Below, in pieces: positions 52,943 through 63,853 of a stretch of DNA of 63,853 bases. The position numbers and the translations under genes are program-made. The first letter of the stretch is position 1. Each line of letters starts with the position of its first letter. Under the pieces are notes generated by a model that ran no database searches, was not told the origin of the DNA, and worked only from the letters and a program-made list of their open reading frames with translations. The stretch covers positions 34,468,391 to 34,532,243 of the forward strand of contig JARDVH010000140.1 of the NCBI GenBank assembly GCA_030324005.1. Reading direction: 5' to 3'. Origin of the DNA: Negaprion brevirostris (taxonomy: Eukaryota).

Positions 52943-53299
52943 GTATGGAGAGCAATAGAAATTATCTTTACTGTTGCTGTGTAATCAATGTGAACTACAG
53001 AACTATTCTTGAACAGGTACTAGGATGACAATTCAGAATAGTATGCAGGGAGTGCTAAATTGTCAAAGATACCATTATTCATTAAAATGTTAAAATGCCC
53101 TGCCTGACTGTTCAGTTAATTGTGAACAAGAGCAGAGAGCTCTCCTGGTGATCTGATTTGTTCCCCAATAAGTNNNNNNNNNNNNNNNNNNNNNNNNNNN
53201 NNNNNNNNNNNNNNNNNNNNNNNNNNNNNNNNNNNNNNNNNNNNNNNNNNNNNNNNNNNNNNNNNNNNNNNNNTGTTCCCCAATAATTATCATCAAAAT

Positions 53300-53890
53300 A
53301 GGGCAACGAGTTATTGCTGAAAAGTGAGACGTTGTCAAAACTTTTCACCTTACACTCATCAGGACAAATGCAAGAATCCAAATTTCACCAACAGTCACAA
53401 CAATTTATACTACAGGAAAAAAGGAATGTCAATTGGTTGGTGAATTAACTCTAGTTGAGGTATTGCCATGGAGAAAGCAATGAGGAACTGTAGGTTCCAC
53501 AAGCCTCTGGGTAATATATAAAAGCCACAAGGCTTAATCATATTCCTTTTGTTTGCAGAGAATGGTCCTTGTGTATGAATGTATGTATTGTTTCTAGCTA
53601 GCATGAACGAACCACGTTAAAATCTCAACTGATTATCTTAAATTGTTTATTAATGTAGCTATTAGTACATTGTTGCCCAGTTGCAGAATCACATCACACA
53701 ATAGACATTTTGTTTTGGGTTTTGCAAGCATGGGATGTTTAATATGGTCTGTGCTCTGCCTATTGTGAACAACCGAAGGAACGTGCTGTTTGGTTTGATC
53801 AGTCAACCTTCGGCGTATGGCCTATGTACCTAGTATCACACCGACATTGAAATTCATATACCACATTGCTCAATTGTGTGGTAGGCAGAA
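53300..53890 (-). mobile_element. Penelope-like element 3' fragment: GIY-YIG endonuclease remnant plus terminal hammerhead motif
   Basis: VLPTTQLSNVVYEFQCRCDTRYIGHT (VVY..YIG) at ~53815-53890; GUC-CUGAUGA-GUGUAAGGU-GAAA-AGUUUU-GAC at 53334-53365 on the same strand. Confidence 0.8.
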
Positions 53891-54896
53891 CTTTTTTGGT
53901 CTTGTATTCCAATCCTCTTGCAATGAAAACCAGCATGCCATTTGCCTTCCTAATTCCTAGCTTTGTGTCCCTTGTGTGAAATGCCTCTGTTTCTCTAACC
54001 GTAACATTTAGGTGTTTCATTCATCTTAAAAATCTTCTGCTTTTCTATTCTCACTACCAAAGTGAATACAGTGCAGAAACTTGCCATTTAAACCTCCAGT
54101 ATGTGCTGAAATAACTGATCTCTATAATTGTTCTCGAGATAGGCACACACTCATGTTACGCCATTCAAAATAAATACCTATCACCAATGAATGTCCAGAG
54201 CTATGAGTAAACAGTAATAGTTTGAGCAAGATACTGGAGAATATTTAGTGTCCGTAGAATTAGATCACAACGGTTTTCTTAGAGAGGAGAACAGGTGTCC
54301 CTTTGGTTATATGTGCACCTTAACTGTGGTGCTGTAGAACTCAGTTAGTACTCAGCTTTCTTATCCTCTCTCCGGAAAACAGATTCTCACTATTGCACAG
54401 CTCTATTAGTACTGCAGTTTTTCCTTTGAGTAGTTTGCCATAATAACCATTCTATACACCAATACCAATTGCTCCAATGGAGGTCAGCTAACTGAGCCTA
54501 GACTGAGTGTCAGAAGGCTTTACTATTGTCACTGGATAGTAATTAGGAATGGGAGCCCTGGCTGCTTACTCAACTTTCAGGGCACTGAAACCAGTTTATA
54601 GTGTTCTATCTATTGCTGTCAGCAAGTTCTGAATAAACAAGAAAATAATAGTTCTCTTCCTGTCTAGACGCAGTTTCCATTTAATTTATTAAAATACTTT
54701 CCTGACGGTGTTTGAATGATCAGTATAAAAAGCTGCTTTGAAAATATTGCAAACTAACATTCCAATTTCCAGCTTATTTTTGGTTAAGAGTTTCACTGTT
54801 CTCTCTCCTCCTGCTAGAATCGCTGCCATTTCTCTGTTATTCAGCAAATGGACATTATGGTTATAGCAGTTGTAATTTGTCAATTCTCTCTCACAG

Positions 54897-54976
54897 AACC
54901 TTCCCTTCCTTCCTCAGAAGTAGGAGATGACCCTCCAATGCTCACAAAGGAGGAACTGGTTCCCTTGCAGCCTCAG
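54897..54976 (+). CDS. BCL7B: BCL7B coding exon 5
   Basis: TCACAG|AA CCT..: (E)PSLPSSEVGDDPPMLTKEELVPLQPQ; 80 nt; donor GTAAGC. Confidence 0.93.
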
Positions 54977-55519
54977 GTAAGCCAGGAACATATTGCGTGT
55001 GCACCTACATTCAGGAAATACTGAGCTTTTATATATATATATTTAAGCAGTTAGAGCAGAACACATGTTTACATTGAGCTCCAGAACCAACTTTGAACTC
55101 TTTAAACAGCACTTCTTTTACTTGGGTTATTTAGCTCTGTTTGGACATGGGTGAGTCAAATGTGCAAATCCCAGAATTTTATTTTACAAAAGCACACAGA
55201 GTGATGAATGAAGGACAAATCTTAGTCTATGTATGCACACTGCCACTTTCATTTTGTTATTAATGTTCCTGTTTCAATGCCAGATCAGATATCACGTAGC
55301 CATAGTGGAAGGGGAATGATTAATTCCTGACAAACACATAGGTGAAAATGATTAGAGAAATTTTAGCCATGTTGCAGGACCATTGGTTTATAAATTAAGA
55401 TGACCGTTGCCAACACTTTTAGTGCTCAAGAGATAGTACAGTTGTTTAAAACTTTTGTACAGGATGGTTTAAAATACACTTAAAACATTTGCACTTTATG
55501 ACCATAAACCTTATACTTG

Positions 55520-55810
55520 GGCTTCCTAGTGATTTAGTGGGTTAAAATGATGACAGTTGGGAAGCTACACTTGCCTTTATTTAAAGAGGGAAAATTGGCT
55601 CAAGTTACTGATTGCTTTTCCTGTGGTCTTTGCTGTGAAATTAAAATTGTGTAGGGACCAGCAGGATGAAGCTTGCTCTGGTGCTTTCCATAGCTTGCAG
55701 GTTCCTTGTCTTTAGGCTTGCACATGAATAGCCACTTCAGCAAGGTACTGGAAAGTGGTCAACCAGCTAGGATCAATGACGAATAGAGCAGAAATTTGAG
55801 ATGAGGGAAT
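55520..55810 (+). mobile_element. Degenerate LF-SINE-like element
   Basis: GAGGGAAAATTGGC..CAGGATGAAGCTTGCT..TAGGCTTGCACATGAATAGCCACTTCAGCAAGGTACTGGA. Confidence 0.5.
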
Positions 55811-56344
55811 TTGCAGAGTTGATCCAGAAAGCTGAGCTATAAATTACCCTTTTGGGGGCTTTTTTTTTGGCCTTTTAATTTTCCTTCTGCAAATTTTCTT
55901 AGGAATGTTAAAATTATTGTTGTCAGAACCAAACTAAAAGGTGTTAGCAATAACTTTGAGATTCAAGAGAGATGCATTCTTTTTAGCTCTTTATCTCTAA
56001 ATTTTCAAATCCCACTGACATTGAATTGATTTGTAACAAAACTGATTCACTAAACCATTCAGAATTTTTACTAGTTCATTTATTAATTCAGTGAAGAAAA
56101 TATTTTGGTAGGACCCTGAAAATCTCACAGGGCCAGGCAATTTTACCGGGAAAGAAAACTTTAGTTTTGTACTCAGCATCAGTAAGATTTACATTTTTTC
56201 AGTGTTTATTTCATAGGGGCCAATTTCATAATGTTAATTTGGGTGCTTGTTGCAGTGAATTTTGGTTTCAGTCAAAAATTTCTAACTATGACAGAACAGA
56301 TTTGCTAATTCTTCAGATCAATTCTTTCTGTAATTTGCTCACAG

Positions 56345-56443
56345 GTCGTGGAAGAGGAGGATGATGAAGACTCAGGGGCACCACCACTGAAGAGGGTTTG
56401 CACTGGACAGAACGCTGTGACCCAGCCAGTAACTGAGAGCTAA
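56345..56443 (+). CDS. BCL7B: BCL7B coding exon 6 (terminal)
   Basis: CACAG|GTC..: VVEEEDDEDSGAPPLKRVCTGQNAVTQPVTES-TAA, matching the BCL7B C-terminus EEDSGAPPLKR. Confidence 0.94.
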   Translation, partial: VVEEEDDEDSGAPPLKRVCTGQNAVTQPVTES

Positions 56444-57111
56444 CCCAGAATCTCGACTTGGCTCTATTCCATGGTACACTCTGAATTAACCATCACATGA
56501 CTGACTGACTGATTTTGAAGAATGATATTTATTTTTTACTTTTAATGAATTGTGATGGTTGTGACTTTTGGGTCTGAATTTAAAATGTTTCTGTATTGCA
56601 GGATGATGTCCCTTTTGTGGGGTGTGGTCCATGGCTCCACTGGGTCTTCCTAGTTGAAGACACTTTTATATTGATAGTGTCAAAAGCAGTATTCTAATAG
56701 AAAGGAATTGTCCTGCTCGCCTCTTAATTAGCATCATTTGGGTTTGATGGGTCCTAAGGATACCTATTGAAAGCAAGAAAACATTGGCCTCCTTCCTATT
56801 GGCCTTCCACAGGGAATGGCTGCACACCGCTACAATAAAAAAGGTGGAATGGAGAATTGAGGGCTGCTATTACGGAGCTCGAGCATCAATATGAAAGTGC
56901 CTTGACACTGAAGTGCCTCCAAGTCTTAATGAAGATTAAACGAGCTGATTGAAGACAGATTGATGTTGATTCTTGACTTTATCCCTAAACACCCAGTCTT
57001 CACCCTGAAATTTTCTCCATGATGCAAAATTGGAAGTTGTCATCTGCAGCCAAGGAAGGCGCAAAGGGCACTGTTTAAAAAAAATACTGTTGAAGTTGTA
57101 TATAAATACTC

Positions 57112-57535
57112 AGTACATAAGAACTAAGAGCATTTGGCCCCTTGAACTTGCTCTGCCATTCAGTGATATGGCTGGTCTGATCTTGACCTCAACCCCACTT
57201 TCCTGTCTTTTACCCTTGACTCTCTATACTTCAAAAATCTGTCTGTCTCAATCTTGAATATATTCATGACTCAGCTTCCACAATGCTCTGGGGTACAGAA
57301 TTCCAAAGATTCATGACCCACTGAGAACAGGAATTCCTCCTCACCTCTGTTTTAAATGGGAGACCCTCTCTTCTGAAACTCTACTTCCTAAGTTCTAGTT
57401 CCACCACAAGGAAAAATATCCTGTCAGCATCCACTCTGTCAAGTCCTGTCAGAATTTTATGTAAGATCATCTCTTTTTCCTAACTCCAATGAGTATAAAC
57501 TTAACCTGCTCAACATTTCCTGATAAAACCACTCT
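57112..57535 (-). mobile_element. CR1 LINE 3' fragment downstream of the BCL7B stop
   Basis: ACATAAGAAC..CATTTGGCCCCTTGAAC is the reverse complement of the CR1 tail; matches the 49030-49470 segment. Confidence 0.75.
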
Positions 57536-57954
57536 TAAGACTAGCATACAAACCACGTATATTTGATTTTACAGCCTTGTTTGAGCAAGACCGGAAAATC
57601 TCGCCGGATGTCAATGAACGTTTCCATTGTCCTCCCCTCATCTGCTCCGATTCCATGGCAGGTGGGGCGGTAATGTTCTGGCATTACATTTCTGGAGCTA
57701 AGCATTTTAATAAATTTGCTTAAGAAAAAAAATGGGGAAATCTTGTGGAGAAACAATATCGTTAAATATTGTTGGCTTTTGTTGTACCTTTTGCAGAAAA
57801 GTATGCACTTTTTCAGTGATACTGAACCAATTTTCTGTACCTTTTTAACCAGGAGTTGCATTTTTCCTTTGGGAGAACGCTACAGTGGCTCACGGATGAT
57901 TTAGAGACTTACTAAGAAAATAAATAAATTTTGTTCTTGGATATGTTCACCTTC

Positions 57955-58195
57955 AGTGGAAAACCAGCCAGGGTTCTTGCTCCTTATGACTATGACATTA
58001 AAATGTATGTATAGATGACTTGATGACTGGGTTGGATTTAATTGTAATTCCCTCCATATTTGAATTGTCTTGTCAGCACTGACTGCATAGGCTCACACAA
58101 GAAAATTGACTACTTTAGCAATATAATTGGAGACTACTGGCATCCATGGAATAGAATCCCAGCAAGGAGCTGGCATGTTGAGAGGAAGAGGAAAG
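57955..58195 (+). mobile_element. LF-SINE-like element
   Basis: GGAAAACCAGCCAGGGTTCTTGCTCCT..TAGGCTCACACAAGAA..CCATGGAA..CCCAGCAAGGAG..GAGAGGAAGAGG. Confidence 0.6.
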
Positions 58196-61100
58196 AAAAT
58201 TCTTTTTCAGCTACCAAAACAAGTCACATTCTATTACTTTGGTCACTAAATCAATCGGCTGCTGTCTTCTGCAGCTGGTTTTACTGAAAACAGACAACTT
58301 CCTAACTAGGGATGATACTAGATTAAATGCCAGCTGCGTAATATGACAAGTAATACTGATTAATCAATGAGTTTAACAAAATACAGTCTGACAGTTGTAA
58401 TATGCAGATCCATAAACATAGTCATGATCCCAGTGTATTACACTGGTTATCATATACCACTACTCCAGTTTTTATTGAAAACATCATTGTTTAATCATCT
58501 TAATTATTAGCTGGGATGTTGCCAACTGATGAGAATTTTGTGAAAGTGCATTGGGGCTTACATGAAAAAGTATCACTTAGGAGTGGTAAAGAAATCAGAC
58601 TTGTCTAACCTATCCCCAGCCCCTGCAAAAGACAACCAACACTTTAAGGAAAGGAGAAATTTTCAAAAACAAAATCTTGGACATTCATCATACTGACTTT
58701 ATTTTAAAGCTATTATATATTTTGTACCCCCAACTTTGCAGAATGTTTTTTCTGTATAATTTTCAAATTGCCTGTTTAGGCACAAGCGTGCAGAAAAATC
58801 ATTTATTCATTGGACAATGAAAAGGCAGTTCGGGGTAAAGCATAATATTTTCTTCTTATTCCCATTATCCTTGGAGCCTGCCCGTCTTAATAGAAGTTTC
58901 TCCCTGGACAGTGCTCCTGCCTAAGCATCCTCTCTTTCAGCCCTTCACAAATGGCCCAAAACGTGTGTTCTTGTGGTGTCCCCCATTCAAATCCTTATTC
59001 ACGATCTATGCTTGCTGCCTGGCCGAGGTGTATATCAGTGTTATTTGTTTGAGTTTGGAAAATAATTTCTGATCCTCACTTGCTGTTGTCCTCACTTTGT
59101 TTTCAACTTTTCTGTTTGGTGCACATGCTCTCCCCTCTTATACATCTGTCCATCTACAAATCTTCTATCTCCATTTTCGCCATATGAAAAGCAGGTAATA
59201 GTGATTTGGCAGCCATTTTAAATCTGCCCAATGTTTCATTTCTACTGAAGTTGATGCAAATGAGGTAGAGTATAAAATGGGCAGCATAACTGCTATCACT
59301 TGTTTTTCACAGAGCAGNNNNNNNNNNNNNNNNNNNNNNNNNNNNNNNNNNNNNNNNNNNNNNNNNNNNNNNNNNNNNNNNNNNNNNNNNNNNNNNNNNN
59401 NNNNNNNNNNNNNNNNNAAAATCTATATTTCCAAATTGTAATCAGCCTCATGCTGATTTCTGGCACAAGGCTGACTACATCAGAAAACATTGCCTAGGAA
59501 GTTTACGGTCAGTCGGACATCGGTCACGGGTCCCGCTACAGGCCCCCTGCTGATGTCTCCCCACCTGGTGTGCCCCCATACATTTTTAAAACTAATTGTC
59601 ATCGTCTTTATTAGAACTGGCCAATATCAGAACGATTAGGGAAAACAATCATATTAATTAGACAATAATAAACAAGCAGACATCCTCACATCACAAGTGT
59701 TACTGTGCCGGGGATTATCTTGGCCTCAGGCAAAGCCAAGACAAGCATGAAAGCAATGACTGGAATGATAAAATGTCCTGACATTCAAATTCTTTCTCAT
59801 TCTATATTAGCACTGCATTTTGTACAGCTTTTGTATTTTGTGCTTCAATATCTTGTCCTTATGTAATATTTTAGATCTACATTACCCTTTGGGTTAAAAA
59901 GTTCCACCTGATTCTACTTTTTACTCCTAACTTCCTAATTTTTTACTTGTGGCCCCTGTCAATACTTTGTATGTTTTAGCTTTATCATTTTTTTTGTGGA
60001 TCTTGACAACATTAAAAAGTATTAAAAATATTCTGTGTGAATAAGCAAAGTATGGATCTTTTTAGTGCCAATTATGGTGTGCCCATCCCAATCTCCATCC
60101 CAGTGGAGATTCATAGTAGATGGCTGCTGTACATAGCAGATCTTTCAACCACTGGGTTCTCGTTCAGAATCTTTGAAGAGCAGAGATTTCCTAATTCTAG
60201 TATGGACACATCCAACTTGCTGATACAGATTTTGCTTTTCATGGAAATGAAGCCAGGACAATGTGAAAACTATTAAAGATTGTAATTTCTGAAGTAAAAT
60301 TCATAAGAGATATATTTTTTGAATACAAAGAGCTAAATAGACTAATCGATTTGTACGTTGAATATTTTTCTTTGTAATTCCATTTTGCTACTGTTTGTTT
60401 TTGGTCCAGGACATTACATTAAAAGTTTGCTTTTAGTGCAAGGAGTGTTGTGCAATGGAATGGAAACCAGCCAGAATGTTCTGGGACATGTGAACAGACT
60501 CACACTTTCTCATAATAAGATTTGAATGGTAGTTAATTGAATTTTCCTGAGATATAATAGGCAGTTCATTTTCAGTGTTGTAATGGACTTATGTCCTCGA
60601 GTTTTATACTGATTTGTAACTCAATTTTCTTCAATCAGTCTCAGAATATACTGATGTAGGAGTGATTCTAATGTGAGTTGGCTGTGTGAAAAGCCTTGAT
60701 CATTATTAGACCAGTGAAGCAATAGGCATTGCATAAAGGTGGTCCATGGACACAGTGTATTATATACCTGTGCATAGCAGCCAATATGGAAAATTAATTC
60801 AACAGTCTCTAGAAGTTTGTGTTTTAAATGGTTCATAAATGTAAATAAGTTCTTTTCATAATTAAAAAAACTTTGTTAGCTTTATTGCAGATATTGTTCC
60901 TGGCTTTTACTGCTCAAATGAATTTGTCAAGGTAGTGAAGAGAAATGTTAATAAGTTGTCACACTTTAGCAGTGTGACATTCCAAAGAAACATGATTTGA
61001 AGGTATATGTTGACTGTCAAGTGGGGAATATTGCTCAGATTGCATTCTAGTTACAGTGGCAGACATTATGTCAACACCAATTATCTAGCACTCAATTTTA

Positions 61101-61604
61101 CAAAATGACTAGTTTGATTCTATTGCACAGCCCAAGTTCTAAACAATGGATTTTCAGTTATGCATTTGGTTTTAATGTTTTTCATGTTGATATTTTCTTT
61201 TAAATTTGAAAAGGTAAGCACCAGACTTGGCAATCGGAATAAGCACACGTGTGTATTTTAAAGTATTTGTGTATTATGGTTACTTGCATACTCCGCTCCA
61301 TTTAAGATAAAGCACTTAGTGAAAGTTATTTTCTGATATTTACTGGGGCACCTTAGAATGGGTGCTAATACTTTTCTATTGCCTTCACTGCGTTATTCAC
61401 TGTAAAATTTGCCTCTTATTCATGAACACTGAGACAAAAGCAAACAATGTATAAATCACTGGTGTGTGCCTCAGTGATTAATAAATTGCTGAAGATGCAA
61501 ACCATAATGTCAAAAAATACTTTCTTACCTCAGAGGTTAAGTGTTGCCTTTCATATTGTAAAACCTGAATGATTATTTAGATTGTTATTAAAAATGCTTG
61601 TGAA

Positions 61605-61660
61605 AATAAAGTATTGCAATTGATTGAAAATAACATGTTTTTATTTTGATCTTTTATATT
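61605..61660 (+). terminator. Candidate distal polyadenylation signal for BCL7B
   Basis: AATAAA at 61605-61610 followed by a U/GU-rich tract at ~61635-61660, ending a TE-poor AT-rich stretch; proximal AATAAA at 56834-56839. Confidence 0.35.
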
Positions 61661-62771
61661 ACAAGTGACTATAACATAACTGGCATATTTGTAGATTAAT
61701 AAAGCCTAGCCATCCTCTCCCCTCCCCCCACAAAATAGGCAAGGTTAATGCGGAAGGTTTACTATACCTGGGATTTCAAAAGGCGAGTGTGGACTGTTGA
61801 CCAAAGTGGAATTAGAGGCTCATGTTTCAGAATGGCAGAATTGGAGTTTGTGTTCCACTGGGACTAGTGCTTAAACCCATGTTTATTAATATACATAAAT
61901 GCTTTTCGCCAAAGTTGAGTGTTTATACTAATGAGGACTGACAAAATACAAGAAAATATGAACTTCCAGAATAGGCCTGTAAATGTCAAATGATAGATAT
62001 GAAGTTTGAGGAATAAGCTCATCTACTCCTTGTTAAATAAAAGTTAATGTGTTAGAACTTGAGAGGTACAGCAGATATTTTCATTTGTGGATACTTATAT
62101 TAGTAGCCATGAATAATTGCATAATATGGAATGACAGCAACCTGACCAAGAACAATAAATTGCAAATCTACCAGTAAAATACAATCAAAATACTGCAAAT
62201 CTAACATCAAAACAAAGTGTTGGAAGAACTTCTCAGGTCCAGAAGCATCTGTGGAGAGAGTAAGAATGAACGTTTTGAATTCAGTATGACTTCCTCAAAA
62301 TTGACAAGTAGAAATGTGCTGGCCTTTTTGCTGTCAAAGAAGGGGAGAGGGTCAGGTGGGGGCAAAAGGGACCATTCGAGTCTGCTCTGCCATTCATTTT
62401 GATCATGGTTGATTATATTCAATATCCCGATTCTCTCTCTCAGAGAAGTGTAAAAATAATAAGCTAATAATAGTAGGGGACTTCAACTTCTTCAATATTA
62501 ATTGAGATAGTCAAAGTGTGAAAGGCCTAGAGGGAGCAGAACACTTAAAGTGCATCCAGGAGAGGTTTCTGATCCAGCATGTAGGAAGCCCTACAAGAGG
62601 GGGCAGTTCTGGATCTAAGGGAATTAAGTCGGGCAGATAGTAGAGGTGTCAGTGAGGGAGCACTTGGGTGATAATAACCATAACTAGATAAAATTTAAGA
62701 TAGCTATGGAAAAGGACAAAGATGGACTGGAAATAAGTTTTCTGAATTGGGGGAAGGCTGATGGTAATAGC

Positions 62772-63226
62772 ATAAACACAGTAAGAAGTCTCTCAACACC
62801 AGGTTATTTGGTAGCACAAGCTTTCAGAGTGTCACTCCTTCAGGTGAGTAGGAGTTGTGTTCACAAACAGGGTATATAAAGACACAAACTCAATTCACAA
62901 GGTAATGGTTGGAATGCAAATCTTTACAGGTAATCAAGTCTTAAAGGTACAGACAATGTGAGTGGAGAGAGGATTAAGCACAGGTTAAAGAGGTAATGTA
63001 TTGTACCTTTAAGACTTGATTACCTGTAAAGACTTGCATTCCAACCATTATCTTGTAAACTGAGTTTGTGTCTATATATGTCCCGTCTGTGGACACAAGT
63101 CATCGTTCATCTGAAGGAGCAAAGCTCCGAAAGCTTGTGCTAACAAATAAACCTGTTGGACTTTAACCTGGTGTTGTGAGATTTCTTAGTGCTCACCCCA
63201 GTCCAATGCCGGCATCTCCACATTAT
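62772..63226. mobile_element. Long Penelope-derived fold-back element inserted in a CR1 fragment
   Basis: Inverted arms of ~180+ bp (62772-62951 and 63002-63190) around a ~50-nt spacer; same terminal GCCGGCATCTCCACAT as the 31357 copy. Confidence 0.85.
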
Positions 63227-63324
63227 GTAACAGGATGAGACAGGATCTGGCCAAAGTAGACTGGGAGCAGCTAACTGTGGGAAAATCCACGTCACAGCAG
63301 TGGGCATCATTCAAAAATAAAGGG

Positions 63325-63853
63325 TGAGACCAACAAGATAAGGCTGAAGCATTCACAGCAATCTTCAGCCAGAAGTGGCATGTGGATGATCCATCTCAAC
63401 CTCCTCCAGTGCTCACCAATATCTCAGATGCCAGTCTCCAACCAGTTCAATTTAAACAATATCAAGAAATGGTTGGGGGCACTGGATGCTGCAAAGACAG
63501 TGGGCCCTGATAACAACATTCCGGTTATAGTACTGAAGACTTTGTGCTCTAGAATTTGCCAAGCTCTCCAAGTACAGCTACGACACCGGCATCTTCCCAA
63601 CAATGTGGAAAATTGCCCAGGTATGTCCTGTGCAGAGGACAAATAGAATCCAGCCAATTACCACCCAATCATCTACTCTTGATCATCAGTAAAATGATGG
63701 AAGGAGTCATCAATAGTGCTATCCAGCAGCACCTGCTCAACAATAACCTATTCAGTGATGCCCAATTTGGGTTTTGCCAGGGTCGCTCAGTTCCTGATTT
63801 CATTACAGCCTTGGTTCAAACATGGATGAAAGAGCTGAATTCCAGAGGTGAGG
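63325..63853 (+). mobile_element. CR1 LINE RT N-terminal region
   Basis: LDAAKTVGPDNNIP, NPANYHPIILLLIISKMMEGVI and QFGFCQGRSVPDFITALVQTW motifs. Confidence 0.8.

Noticed and set aside
52943..53028. Read-through extension of the exon 4 ORF
   Set aside because: BCL7B similarity ends at the GT donor at 52943 and resumes in phase at exon 5

Overview
Eukaryotic vertebrate DNA. The repeat content (HE1/V-SINE-like, Deu-SINE-like, CR1, Penelope) points to a shark or other cartilaginous fish, and the assembly has many N gaps. Three genes orthologous to the human Williams-Beuren region are readable: the last coding exon of VPS37D (+, 1318-1824), intronless DNAJC30 (-, 27210-28361) and a complete six-exon BCL7B (+, 30993-56443, 633 nt, 210 aa). 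DNAJC30 and BCL7B are head-to-head. The rest is largely decayed transposable elements. Highlights: (1) Penelope-derived fold-back elements with 12-13 bp target-site duplications carry minimal hammerhead-ribozyme cores, one in the sense orientation just downstream of the DNAJC30 stop codon; (2) the BCL7B exon 3 splice acceptor is the 3' tail of a CR1 LINE, with a candidate 30-nt in-frame microexon upstream, suggesting a TE-created intron; (3) LF-SINE-like copies occur, one with an internal 21-bp minisatellite; (4) a ~200-bp local inverted duplication lies between the divergent promoters. Family names come from recalled consensus sequences, not database searches, and TE boundaries are approximate.
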